DNA from: Flavobacterium sp. | Lineage (GTDB): Bacteria; Bacteroidota; Bacteroidia; Flavobacteriales; Flavobacteriaceae | Strand: one strand, 5' to 3' | NCBI GenBank assembly: GCA_040402835.1 | Contig: JBBALW010000004.1 | Length of the DNA stretch: 64,000 nucleotides | Shown here: piece by piece, positions 40,024 through 50,268 of the stretch | Numbering within the stretch: the stretch's first letter is position 1 | How the letters are laid out: every line of letters starts with the position of its first letter | The notes under the pieces: generated by a model | Databases searched by the model: none | Seen by the model: the letters and a program-made list of their open reading frames with translations, nothing else | What the model was told of the DNA's origin: nothing | Made by a program: the position numbers and the translations under genes

Positions 40024-41682
40024 ATGAAGTCATTTAAATTACTTGTTTTTGCAATGCTTTTTGTTACACCAACCTATATTTTTAGTCAGGAAATTACTAA
40101 AGAAAATGATTTTACAGTTCATTATTATCCTTCTAAAATAGAATTGGAATTTGACAAAACAAATATTCCGTCGTACATTAAAGTAATTAATTTAATTACA
40201 AATAATGAAAAAATGGTAGTAAAAAAAACCGATTACCCATTAATTCTCTCACTTGATGAAGTTCATCCATCCGATTTATACAAAATAGAATATATCTTAA
40301 ATAACAACAAATCTTCAACTCTTTTAACTACTTATATTGCCGCTAAATCAGCTTCTACAGGAACTATAACGGTATATTTCAACCATCCTGTAGACATCTC
40401 TTTTGCACAAACCCAGCAAGCAATAAATTTGTCAAATACTATTGTAAACATGCTTATTACATATATAAATAATTGTGTAGCGACAATGGATATAGCAATA
40501 TATGATTCCTATTCTCCTTCTTCCACAACCGGTATCGCAGGAGCAATTAATGCAGCTTATGCCAGAGGGGTACAAGTAAGAGTTATCTACAACGGAAGTA
40601 CCAGCAATACAATGATTGCTTTACTAAACAGTGCAATTCCAAGACTTACTAGTCCAACCTCTTCTTCATATGGAATCATGCACAATAAATTTGTTATTTT
40701 TGATGCTAACAATACCGATGCTAATCTTCCATACGTTTGGACTGGATCTACAAATTGGACTTCTGCTCAAATTAATGGTCCAGATAAAAATAATGTCATT
40801 ATACTTCAAGACCAATCGTTAGCTCTTGCATATAAAATTGAGTTTGAGGAAATGTGGGGCAGTTCTACTTTAACACCAAATAGCACTAATTCAAAATTTG
40901 GACCATACAAAACAGACAATACACCTCATAATTTCATTATTGGAGGTAAAACAGTTCAAAACTATTTTAGTCCATCAGATGGGACTACTGCAAAAATAAT
41001 TTCTGCTATTAATTCAGCAAATACAGATATAGAAGTCGCTGTAATGGATTTGACTCGCACAGATTGTAGTAGTGCAATTATTTCAAAATATAATGGGGGT
41101 GTTAACAGTAATGTTTTAGTTGATATTAATAATCCAACTGGAAATCAGTTAGTGACATTACAATCTGCCTTACCAGCAAATCATGCTAAGGTATACAATG
41201 GTACTGGTATTATGCACCATAAATTTATGGTGGTAGATAATTATAATTCTGCTTCAGACCCATTAGTGCTAGTGGGATCACACAATTGGAGTACTTCTGC
41301 AGAAACTAAAAATGACGAAAACACCTTAATAGTTCATGATGCCAATATTACCAATCAATACTATCAGGCTTTTGCATACCTTTTTCAGCTTGCCGGAGGG
41401 ATAATTACCCCTTCTCTATCAACAACTACCTCAACCTATCACGATGGTTTATTAAAAATATATCCAAATCCAAATCATGGATTGCTATACCTTTTTGCAA
41501 ATCAAACTATCGATCATTTAGAAGTTATTATGTATAATATTTTAGGAGAAAAAATTATAACTACAAGGTATGACTCATTTGCTCAAAACACAATAGATAT
41601 TAGTAACCAACCAAGAGGAATATATTTTATTGAAGCAAATATCGCAGGAAGTGTACAACATTTTAAAATTATAAAAGATTAG
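40024..41682 (+). CDS. secreted phospholipase D-superfamily (dual HKD, Nuc-like) protein with T9SS sorting domain
   Basis: 552 aa. Signal peptide; HKD motifs IMHNKFVIFD...GSTNWT and IMHHKFMVVD...GSHNWS; C-terminus ..LKIYPNPNHGLLYL....GIYFIEANIAG..HFKIIKD. Confidence 0.8.
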   Translation: MKSFKLLVFAMLFVTPTYIFSQEITKENDFTVHYYPSKIELEFDKTNIPSYIKVINLITNNEKMVVKKTDYPLILSLDEVHPSDLYKIEYILNNNKSSTLLTTYIAAKSASTGTITVYFNHPVDISFAQTQQAINLSNTIVNMLITYINNCVATMDIAIYDSYSPSSTTGIAGAINAAYARGVQVRVIYNGSTSNTMIALLNSAIPRLTSPTSSSYGIMHNKFVIFDANNTDANLPYVWTGSTNWTSAQINGPDKNNVIILQDQSLALAYKIEFEEMWGSSTLTPNSTNSKFGPYKTDNTPHNFIIGGKTVQNYFSPSDGTTAKIISAINSANTDIEVAVMDLTRTDCSSAIISKYNGGVNSNVLVDINNPTGNQLVTLQSALPANHAKVYNGTGIMHHKFMVVDNYNSASDPLVLVGSHNWSTSAETKNDENTLIVHDANITNQYYQAFAYLFQLAGGIITPSLSTTTSTYHDGLLKIYPNPNHGLLYLFANQTIDHLEVIMYNILGEKIITTRYDSFAQNTIDISNQPRGIYFIEANIAGSVQHFKIIKD

Positions 41683-42271
41683 TTTGTCTATAGCATTTTA
41701 AGGAGATAACAAAAAGATAGTTAGGTAGTTCTCCAAGATTTGAATCCTATTAAAAGAAATTTTGAAAAGCAAGCTAAGCCATATTTGAATTCACTTACTT
41801 CTCTTTTGTCATTTAGTTTTATTATCTGGATATTTTATCTAAATAGATGCCAATTTTATAGCACTAAACTAAAGCTAGCATAATTGAGTTAGAATAATTT
41901 TTCTGATCTTCCTAAGCCATTTACAAGAGTATCTTCTTTATTAAATCAACTGCTTCTTAATTCCCCAAAACGACTTTGAATTTACTTAAGTTTATACTTA
42001 AATTCCATATTTTCATCTCTATCAATTTTTAACTACTATAGGAATAACATTAGTCCGTTTAGCTCTATTATTTTCGAATAGCGATAAAATTTTTGACTTT
42101 ACTTATAGTATTTCACAAGGGTTTAATACTATTACAAAAAATACGCATTAAAAAAACCAAATCCCTGTTTTTTCTATCGAATTAATATCAAATACACAAC
42201 CGTTTTTTGTGACAAAACTTATTTTTCTTTCTTTAATTTTACAATCTGAATAAAAGTTAAAATAAAATACA

Positions 42272-42796
42272 ATGGCAAATCCAAAAACATTCGATGTTTT
42301 AATCGAAATTCCCAAAGGAAGCAGAAATAAATACGAATATGATTTCGATTTAAAGAAAATCAGGTACGACAGAATGTTGTTTTCTTCGATGATGTATCCT
42401 TCCGATTACGGATTTATACCTGAAACCCTTGCATTGGACGGAGATCCATTAGACGTTTTGGTTTTAGTAACCGAACCTACTTTTCCGGGTTGCGTAATGG
42501 AAGTGAAGCCAATTGGTGTTTTCTTTATGGCAGACGACAAAGGGTCCGATGACAAAATTCTTTGCGTTCCCATTTCAGATCCAAATTGGAATAAACTAGA
42601 AGATTTATCAGATATGAATCCGCATTTACTAAAAGAAATTGAACATTTCTTCCAAGTATATAAAGATTTGGAAAATAAAAAAGTAGATGTTGGCGGTTGG
42701 GGCGACGTTCATAGAGCCAATCAAATTATAGAGGAATGCATTGAGAGATTCGAAAAAATAGAGAATAAAACCGACGGACTCTTCAGTATAAAGTAA
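42272..42796 (+). CDS. ppa: soluble inorganic pyrophosphatase (family I)
   Basis: 174 aa. ..IEIPKGSRNKYEYD.., ..DGDPLDVLVL.., ..DDKI... Confidence 0.93.
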   Translation: MANPKTFDVLIEIPKGSRNKYEYDFDLKKIRYDRMLFSSMMYPSDYGFIPETLALDGDPLDVLVLVTEPTFPGCVMEVKPIGVFFMADDKGSDDKILCVPISDPNWNKLEDLSDMNPHLLKEIEHFFQVYKDLENKKVDVGGWGDVHRANQIIEECIERFEKIENKTDGLFSIK

Positions 42797-42820
42797 TAAA
42801 AATATCAAATATTCAAAAAA

Positions 42821-42850
42821 GCACTATTCTAAACGGAATAGTGCTTTTTT
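42821..42850 (+). terminator. rho-independent terminator of ppa
   Basis: GCACTATTC-taaacg-GAATAGTGC followed by T6. Confidence 0.8.
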
Positions 42851-42907
42851 ATTTGTTAAGGTTTTGTTACATTTGCAACCAATTATTTAGTAACCAATAA
42901 GTAGAAT

Positions 42908-45457
42908 ATGGAATCATTGATGATTTATGTGCCAATAGTGATGGCGTTAATCGGATTAACGTTTATGTTAATCAAAAGAAGCTGGGTTTTAAAACAAGAT
43001 GCTGGAGATGGTAAAATGAAAGAAATTTCAGATTATATATATGAAGGAGCATTAGCTTTTCTTAAAGCAGAATACAGATTATTAGCAATATTTGTTGTTA
43101 TAGCAAGTATTGTTTTGGCTGGAATGTCATTTGTATTCCAAACAACTAATATATTAATAGTAGTAGCTTTTGTTTTTGGTGCCTTCTTCTCTGCTTTCGC
43201 TGGAAATATGGGAATGAAAATTGCAACAAAAACCAATGTAAGAACAACTCAAGCGGCTCGTACAAGTTTGCCACAAGCCTTAAAAGTTTCTTTTGGTGGT
43301 GGAACAGTAATGGGATTGGGAGTTGCTGGTTTAGCCGTTTTAGGTTTAACAGGTTTCTTCATTATCTTATATAATTTATTTATGGGTGGCGTTTGGACTT
43401 CTACAGAAGATATGACCAAGGTCTTGGAAACATTAGCTGGTTTCTCTCTTGGAGCAGAATCTATCGCATTGTTTGCTCGTGTTGGTGGGGGTATTTATAC
43501 TAAAGCTGCCGATGTTGGAGCTGATTTAGTGGGTAAAGTGGAAGCGGGTATTCCAGAAGATGATCCAAGAAATCCTGCTACAATTGCAGATAATGTTGGT
43601 GACAACGTAGGTGATGTTGCTGGAATGGGTGCCGATTTATTTGGTTCATACGTAGCAACTGTTCTTGCTGCAATGGTTCTTGGAAACTATGTGATTAAAG
43701 ATATGGGTGGAAACATTCAAGACGCTTTCGGTGGAATTGGACCAATTTTATTACCAATGGCAATTGCTGGTTTCGGAATTTTATTCTCTATCATCGGAAC
43801 TATGGTTGTAAAAATATCGGATGACAATGCTAAAGAAGCACAAGTTCAAAAAGCATTAAACATTGGAAACTGGATTTCTATTGCATTAACAGCAATTGCT
43901 TGTTATGTTTTAGTAAAATATATGTTGCCTGAAACAATGAAAATGAGTTTCTTCGGAGAAGGAATTAAAGATATTTCTTCAATGAGGGTTTTCTATGCTA
44001 CAATCGTAGGATTAGTTGTTGGAGCTACCATTTCATCTGTAACAGAATATTACACCGGATTAGGCACAAAACCAGTTATGGCAATTGTTCAAAAATCTTC
44101 AACAGGAGCAGGAACCAATGTCATTGCAGGTTTGGCAACAGGAATGATTTCTACGTTCCCAACCGTACTTTTATTTGCAGCAGCAATTTGGTCTTCTTAT
44201 GCATTTGCAGGATTTTATGGTGTGGCTTTAGCAGCTTCAGCAATGATGGCTACAACAGCGATGCAATTAGCAATCGATGCTTTCGGACCAATATCCGACA
44301 ATGCTGGTGGAATTGCTGAAATGAGTGAATTGCCTAAAGAAGTTCGTACCCGTACAGATATTTTAGATTCAGTTGGAAATACAACTGCCGCCACAGGAAA
44401 AGGTTTTGCAATCGCTTCGGCGGCATTAACTTCATTGGCTTTATTTGCGGCCTATGTAACGTTTACAGGAATCGACGGAATCAATATTTTCAAAGCACCC
44501 GTTTTAGCAATGCTATTCGTGGGCGGAATGATACCAGTAGTTTTCTCTGCATTAGCAATGAATTCTGTGGGAAAAGCTGCAATGGATATGGTGTATGAAG
44601 TACGTCGTCAGTTTAGAGAAATTCCAGGAATTATGGAAGGTACAGGGAAACCTGAATATGCGAAATGTGTTGATATTTCTACAAAAGCCGCTTTACGCGA
44701 AATGATGTTACCTGGAGTTTTGACTATTGGTTTTCCAATCGCAATCGTACTTTTAGGCAAATTAATTTATTCTGATAACAACCAATTAATTGCTGAAATG
44801 TTAGGGGGTTATATGGCTGGAGTTACCGTTTCTGGTGTGCTTTGGGCTGTTTTCCAAAACAATGCTGGTGGAGCTTGGGACAATGCTAAAAAATCTTTTG
44901 AAGCAGGAGTTCTAATTAATGGTGAAATGACATACAAAGGTTCAGACGCGCACAAAGCAGCTGTAACTGGAGATACTGTTGGAGATCCATTCAAGGATAC
45001 TTCAGGACCTTCAATGAACATTTTAATTAAATTGACTTGTTTGATAGGATTGGTAATTGCACCAATTTTAGGAAATGGAACGCACGAAACTTCAATTGTG
45101 TCGGTACAAAAAATGGAATGTGCAGAAGGAGCTATGATGGGCAAATGCGATATGAGCAAATGTGCTGAAATGACGGCAGCCGAATGTGCTTCAATGTGCG
45201 ACAGTTTAAAATGTTCTCCTGAGCAAAAAGAAATGTGTCTTTCGCATTATGATGCCGCTGGAAAATTCATAGCTTCTCAGGAAAAAATGGAATGTTGTGC
45301 TAAAAAAGGTAATTCCAAAATAGTAAAAGTTGAAGTAACGAATACCAACGGAAAAGCAAAAGCAACCGTTATAACCTCCGATAAAGGAAATACGAATGTT
45401 CAAGTATTTGAAGGTTCATTAGAAGAAGTTAAAGCGAAAGTTGAAGCTTTGAAATAG
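42908..45457 (+). CDS. hppA: membrane-integral cation-translocating pyrophosphatase (K+-dependent type) with Cys/Met-rich C-terminal extension
   Basis: 849 aa. ..GGGIYTKAADVGADLVGKVE.., DNVGDNVGD, GNTTAATGKGFAI (Ala at the K+-dependence position), ..GDTVGDPFKDTSGPS... The last 127 aa (45074..45454) lie outside the PPase core. Confidence 0.93.
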   Translation: MESLMIYVPIVMALIGLTFMLIKRSWVLKQDAGDGKMKEISDYIYEGALAFLKAEYRLLAIFVVIASIVLAGMSFVFQTTNILIVVAFVFGAFFSAFAGNMGMKIATKTNVRTTQAARTSLPQALKVSFGGGTVMGLGVAGLAVLGLTGFFIILYNLFMGGVWTSTEDMTKVLETLAGFSLGAESIALFARVGGGIYTKAADVGADLVGKVEAGIPEDDPRNPATIADNVGDNVGDVAGMGADLFGSYVATVLAAMVLGNYVIKDMGGNIQDAFGGIGPILLPMAIAGFGILFSIIGTMVVKISDDNAKEAQVQKALNIGNWISIALTAIACYVLVKYMLPETMKMSFFGEGIKDISSMRVFYATIVGLVVGATISSVTEYYTGLGTKPVMAIVQKSSTGAGTNVIAGLATGMISTFPTVLLFAAAIWSSYAFAGFYGVALAASAMMATTAMQLAIDAFGPISDNAGGIAEMSELPKEVRTRTDILDSVGNTTAATGKGFAIASAALTSLALFAAYVTFTGIDGINIFKAPVLAMLFVGGMIPVVFSALAMNSVGKAAMDMVYEVRRQFREIPGIMEGTGKPEYAKCVDISTKAALREMMLPGVLTIGFPIAIVLLGKLIYSDNNQLIAEMLGGYMAGVTVSGVLWAVFQNNAGGAWDNAKKSFEAGVLINGEMTYKGSDAHKAAVTGDTVGDPFKDTSGPSMNILIKLTCLIGLVIAPILGNGTHETSIVSVQKMECAEGAMMGKCDMSKCAEMTAAECASMCDSLKCSPEQKEMCLSHYDAAGKFIASQEKMECCAKKGNSKIVKVEVTNTNGKAKATVITSDKGNTNVQVFEGSLEEVKAKVEALK

Positions 45458-45509
45458 ATTTTAAATATCCTTTTCAAAGTTTAGAACTTTGACAAAGGTT
45501 GCTATTAAA

Positions 45510-45541
45510 AATGCCTCGCAAGTTTTTGCGAGGCATTTTTG
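45510..45541 (+). terminator. rho-independent terminator of hppA
   Basis: AATGCCTCGCAA-gttt-TTGCGAGGCATT followed by a T-run. Confidence 0.85.
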
Positions 45542-45723
45542 TTACAAATAATTTTTTTTACACGCGGGAGTTAAATGTGTTTTGTTGATAACTTCTCTGT
45601 ATTTCTACTTCAAAAAAACTTAAATTTGAAGTTCAATTAATTTCCAACTACAAATAATATTTTATAGTTTTTAGACTTCAAAAGTTTGAAAACGTCGAAA
45701 ATTTATTTGAATTTTTATAAAAT

Positions 45724-48700
45724 ATGTACTTAATATTCGATACTGAAACCACTGGATTGCCAAAACGCTGGGATGCACCAATTACCGATACTGGAAACTG
45801 GCCTCGTTGCGTTCAAATTGCATGGCAATTGCACGATGGAATGGGAAAACTTATCGAACATCAGGATTATTTAGTCCAGCCTGACGGATATAATATTCCT
45901 TATGATGCCGAAAGAATTCACGGAATATCAACCGAATTGGCTCAAGCCGATGGAATATCATTATCTGAAGTTTTAGAAAAATTCAATGTTGCTTTAAGCA
46001 AATCAAAATTTATTGTAGGTCAGAATTTGAAATTTGACATCAATATTATGGGTTGCGAATTCCACCGTTTGGGAATTGAAAGCCAAATGAGTTCTATGCC
46101 AGTTTTAGATACTTGTACGGAAGTAATCGCATCTTTATTGAAATTGCCAGGAGGACGAGGGGGAAAATTCAAATTACCAACGCTTACAGAATTACACAGT
46201 TATTTATTCAACAAACCATTTGCAGAAGCGCATAATGCCACTGCCGATGTAGAAGCAACCACGCGATGTTTTTTTGAATTGATTCGTACAGAAATCTTTA
46301 CTTATAAAGAACTTCAAGTCGAACAAGATTATTTTCAAGAATTCCAAAATTACAATTCGGTGCCAATTCAGCTTTTAGGATTGCAACACATCAATCTTAA
46401 AGAAGCTTCTGAGAAAATCAAACAGCAATTTGGTGAGCTAAATGTTGTGCCAGTTTCAAAAGTGACGCTTTCTGAAAACAAGCAAGTCCTAATTGATACT
46501 GATTTTGTGCATTTGCATAACCACACTCAGTTTTCTGTTTTGCAATCCACAATTAGCGTTGCGGCTTTAGTGAAAGCAGCATCTCAGAATAAAATGCCCG
46601 CGGTTGCAATTACAGATCATGCCAATTTAATGGGTGCTTTTCATTTTGTACGTGATATTTTATACCATAATAAAGCGGCAGAATATAAAAATGCTGCGGC
46701 TGTTGCCAATGGTGAAGAAACAACAGAAGTGGCTATGAAACCGATTGTTGGATGTGAGTTTTTTGTTTGTGAAAACCACAAAGATAAAACTCGAAAAGAC
46801 AACGGGTACCAAATTGTATTTCTCGCAAAAAATAAAAAAGGGTATCATAATTTAGCGAAATTATCATCACTTGCGCATACTGAAGGATTTTATTATGTTC
46901 CCAGAATTGACCGATCTTTAATAGAAATTTATAAGGAAGACCTTATCGTTTTGTCGGGAAATTTATACGGTGAAATCCCAAATAAAATTTTAAATCTAGG
47001 TGAAAACCAAGCCGAAGAAGCTTTGATTTGGTGGAAACAACATTTTGGCTCTGATTTATATATTGAGGTAATGCGTCACAATCAAGAGGACGAAAACCGA
47101 GTAAATACGGCGTTAATTTCATTGGCAAGAAAAAATGATGTCAAAATTGTGGCGACCAATAATACTTTTTACATAGAAAAAGACAATGCCAATGCGCACG
47201 ATATTTTGCTTTGTGTACGCGATGGTGAAAAGCAATCTACGCCAATAGGACGTGGTCGTGGGTACCGATACGGAATGCCAAATCAGGAATATTATTTCAA
47301 GTCGGGTGAAGAGATGAAAAAACTTTTTACAGATTTGCCTGAGGCGATTGCGAACGTATCAGAAATTGTAGCTAAGATTGAAATCTATGATTTGGCGCGT
47401 GAAGTTTTATTGCCAAAATTTGAAATTCCACAAGAATTCGTAGTTTCTGAAGATGATAATGATGGGGGAAAACGAGGTGAAAATGCTTTTTTGAAACACC
47501 TAACTTTCATAGGTGCTAATAAAAGGTATGCTGAAATTACAACTGAAATTCAAGAACGCATCGACTTTGAATTATTGACCATACAAAATTCGGGATATCC
47601 GGGTTACTTTTTAATTGTACAAGATTTCATCGCCGAAGCCCGAAAAATGGATGTTTCTGTTGGGCCAGGGCGTGGTTCTGCTGCGGGTTCTGTTGTGGCA
47701 TATTGTCTTGGAATTACCAATATTGATCCTTTATTATACAACCTGCTTTTTGAGCGTTTCCTTAATCCAGACCGTGTGTCGTTACCCGATATCGATATCG
47801 ATTTTGATGATGAAGGTCGAAGTCGCGTGATGGATTATGTAATTAAAAAATACGGTTCAAAACAAGTTGCGCAAATTATCACGTACGGTACAATGGCTGC
47901 AAAATCGGCAATTCGTGATACAGCACGTGTATTGGATTTACCGCTTTTTGAAGCGGATAAAATAGCCAAATTAATTCCGGCTTTAATTCCTGCGAAATGG
48001 AGTTTGGCACGATTTCTAAAAGAGTCAGAAGCCGACATTAAAAAAGTGCTTAAACCTGAGGATTTTGAAAAAATTAAAGATTTAATTGCGATTTCGAAGG
48101 ACGATGATTTACTTGGCGAAACTATTCAGCAAGCTCAAATATTAGAAGGAAACCTCAGAAATACAGGGATTCACGCTTGCGGTGTAATTATTACGCCAAG
48201 CGATATTACCAACTTTGTACCAGTTGCAACTGCAAAAGATTCTGATTTGTATGTTACGCAATTCGACAACTCTGTAGTTGAAAGTGCGGGTTTGTTAAAG
48301 ATGGATTTCTTGGGATTGAAAACCCTAACCTTGATAAAAGATACGGTGAAATTGGTAAAATACAGATCAGGAATTGTGCTGGATCCGGATACTTTTCCAA
48401 TTGATGATTTGAAAACGTATGAACTTTTTCAACGTGGGGAAACAGTTGGGATTTTTCAATATGAATCTGCGGGAATGCAGAAATATATGAAGGAATTGAA
48501 GCCCACAGTTTTCGGAGATTTAATTGCAATGAATGCCTTATATCGTCCAGGACCAATTGCTTATATTCCGAGTTTTATCAAACGAAAAAACGGAGAAGAA
48601 ACCATTGTTTATGATATTGATGCCTGCGAAGAATTATTGAAAGAAACCTATGGAATTACCGTTTACCAAGAACAGGTAATGCTTTTGTCACAAAAATTGG

Positions 48701-50253
48701 CTGACTTTTCAAAAGGTGACGCCGATGTTTTGCGTAAAGCAATGGGAAAAAAGCAAAAAGATGTCTTGGACAAAATGAAACCCAAATTCATCAGTCAAGC
48801 AGTAGCAAAAGGTCACACAGAAGATAAATTAGAGAAAATTTGGAAAGATTGGGAAGCGTTTGCCGAATATGCGTTTAACAAATCACATTCTACTTGTTAT
48901 GCTTGGATTGCTTATCAAACCGCCTATTTGAAAGCAAATTACCCTGCGGAATATATGGCAGCAGTTTTATCTAATAATATGAGTGATATCAAGCAAGTCT
49001 CCTTTTTTATGGAAGAATGTAAACGAATGGGATTACAAGTTTTAGGCCCTGATGTGAATGAGTCATTTTATAAATTCACCGTTAATGAAAACTATGCCGT
49101 TCGGTTTGGAATTGGTGCTGTAAAAGGCGTTGGAATGGCAGCCGTTCAAACCATTGTAGATAATAGGAAAGATGGAAAATACAAATCAATATTTGATTTA
49201 ACAAAGCGAATTGATTTGCGTTCTGCAAATAAAAAAGCGTTAGAAAACTTAATTCTTGCGGGTGGTTTTGATTCGTTTCAAGGAGTTATAAGAGCACAAT
49301 ATTTCCACGATGATGGCGATGGAATTACATTTTACGAAAAAGCAATTCGCTATGGCGTAAAATTTCAGGAGAATGAAAATTCATCGCAAGTAAGTTTGTT
49401 TGGCGAATCGAGTGATGTTCAAATTGCAGAACCCGTTGTTCCGCCTTGTGAAGATTGGTCAACAATGGAAAAATTAGCCAAAGAAAAAGAAGTCGTTGGG
49501 ATTTATCTTTCAGGACATCCGCTTGATGATTTTAAAAATGAAATGAAATATTTTTGTAATTCGAGATTAGAAACTCTAAGAGATTTGGTTTCACATGTGA
49601 ATAAAAACTTATGTTTTGGAGGGATAATTACGAATGTTCAGCATCGAGTTGCTAAGAATGGAAAAGGTTGGGCGACTTTTGTTTTAGAAGGATATGACGA
49701 AAGTTATGAGTTTAAAATCTTTGGTGAAGAATACATGAAAAGCCGACATTACCTAATTCCGAATAGTTTTACTTATATTAAAGTGTTGGTAAAAGAAGGA
49801 TGGCCAGATAAAGAAACAGGGAAAAAAGGGGAGCCAAGATTGCAATTTATGGACTTTAAAATACTTCAAGATGTTTTGGGAATATTTGCAAAAAAATTGA
49901 TTATTCATATAAATATTAACGATTTGCACTCCGATTTTATTCATCGGTTGAGCACAGTTTTTCAAGAAAATAAAGGGGACAATACGGTTGTTTTTGAAGT
50001 AATGGAATTGGAAAAGATAAATCATCAAGTTGAGGTTGTTCCTCAAATTGTTGCTGTTTCGGATGAGGTTGTTGAAGACGTAGTTTTTGACGAAGAAAAT
50101 CCTCAAGATCCTGAAATTGAATTGATAACAGAAATTGAGGAAACAAAAGTGATCACGAAATTGGAAATGCCAAGTCGGAAATTAAAAATTAAAATCTCTA
50201 ACGAATTGTTATTCGAGTTGGAAAAAATGCAAGTTGATTTTAGATTGAATTAA
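45724..50253 (+). CDS. dnaE: DNA polymerase III alpha subunit with fused N-terminal DnaQ-like 3'-5' exonuclease domain
   Basis: 1509 aa. N-terminal DEDDh exonuclease motifs (IFDTETTGLP..., ..HNATADVEAT), then PHP (FVHLHNHTQFS), polymerase core (..GPGRGSAAGS.., PDIDIDF) and OB fold. Confidence 0.95.
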   Translation: MYLIFDTETTGLPKRWDAPITDTGNWPRCVQIAWQLHDGMGKLIEHQDYLVQPDGYNIPYDAERIHGISTELAQADGISLSEVLEKFNVALSKSKFIVGQNLKFDINIMGCEFHRLGIESQMSSMPVLDTCTEVIASLLKLPGGRGGKFKLPTLTELHSYLFNKPFAEAHNATADVEATTRCFFELIRTEIFTYKELQVEQDYFQEFQNYNSVPIQLLGLQHINLKEASEKIKQQFGELNVVPVSKVTLSENKQVLIDTDFVHLHNHTQFSVLQSTISVAALVKAASQNKMPAVAITDHANLMGAFHFVRDILYHNKAAEYKNAAAVANGEETTEVAMKPIVGCEFFVCENHKDKTRKDNGYQIVFLAKNKKGYHNLAKLSSLAHTEGFYYVPRIDRSLIEIYKEDLIVLSGNLYGEIPNKILNLGENQAEEALIWWKQHFGSDLYIEVMRHNQEDENRVNTALISLARKNDVKIVATNNTFYIEKDNANAHDILLCVRDGEKQSTPIGRGRGYRYGMPNQEYYFKSGEEMKKLFTDLPEAIANVSEIVAKIEIYDLAREVLLPKFEIPQEFVVSEDDNDGGKRGENAFLKHLTFIGANKRYAEITTEIQERIDFELLTIQNSGYPGYFLIVQDFIAEARKMDVSVGPGRGSAAGSVVAYCLGITNIDPLLYNLLFERFLNPDRVSLPDIDIDFDDEGRSRVMDYVIKKYGSKQVAQIITYGTMAAKSAIRDTARVLDLPLFEADKIAKLIPALIPAKWSLARFLKESEADIKKVLKPEDFEKIKDLIAISKDDDLLGETIQQAQILEGNLRNTGIHACGVIITPSDITNFVPVATAKDSDLYVTQFDNSVVESAGLLKMDFLGLKTLTLIKDTVKLVKYRSGIVLDPDTFPIDDLKTYELFQRGETVGIFQYESAGMQKYMKELKPTVFGDLIAMNALYRPGPIAYIPSFIKRKNGEETIVYDIDACEELLKETYGITVYQEQVMLLSQKLADFSKGDADVLRKAMGKKQKDVLDKMKPKFISQAVAKGHTEDKLEKIWKDWEAFAEYAFNKSHSTCYAWIAYQTAYLKANYPAEYMAAVLSNNMSDIKQVSFFMEECKRMGLQVLGPDVNESFYKFTVNENYAVRFGIGAVKGVGMAAVQTIVDNRKDGKYKSIFDLTKRIDLRSANKKALENLILAGGFDSFQGVIRAQYFHDDGDGITFYEKAIRYGVKFQENENSSQVSLFGESSDVQIAEPVVPPCEDWSTMEKLAKEKEVVGIYLSGHPLDDFKNEMKYFCNSRLETLRDLVSHVNKNLCFGGIITNVQHRVAKNGKGWATFVLEGYDESYEFKIFGEEYMKSRHYLIPNSFTYIKVLVKEGWPDKETGKKGEPRLQFMDFKILQDVLGIFAKKLIIHININDLHSDFIHRLSTVFQENKGDNTVVFEVMELEKINHQVEVVPQIVAVSDEVVEDVVFDEENPQDPEIELITEIEETKVITKLEMPSRKLKIKISNELLFELEKMQVDFRLN

Positions 50254-50268
50254 TAACTACACATATAA

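Noticed and set aside
41735-41765. Possible duplicated 3' tail of the DUF5686 gene downstream of the PLD gene, by analogy with the other islets
   Set aside because: Only about 15 of 24 positions match (TTTGAATCCTATTAAAAGAA versus TTTGGAATCTATTTTTAGAA) and the similarity does not extend upstream. That is consistent with chance in AT-rich DNA.
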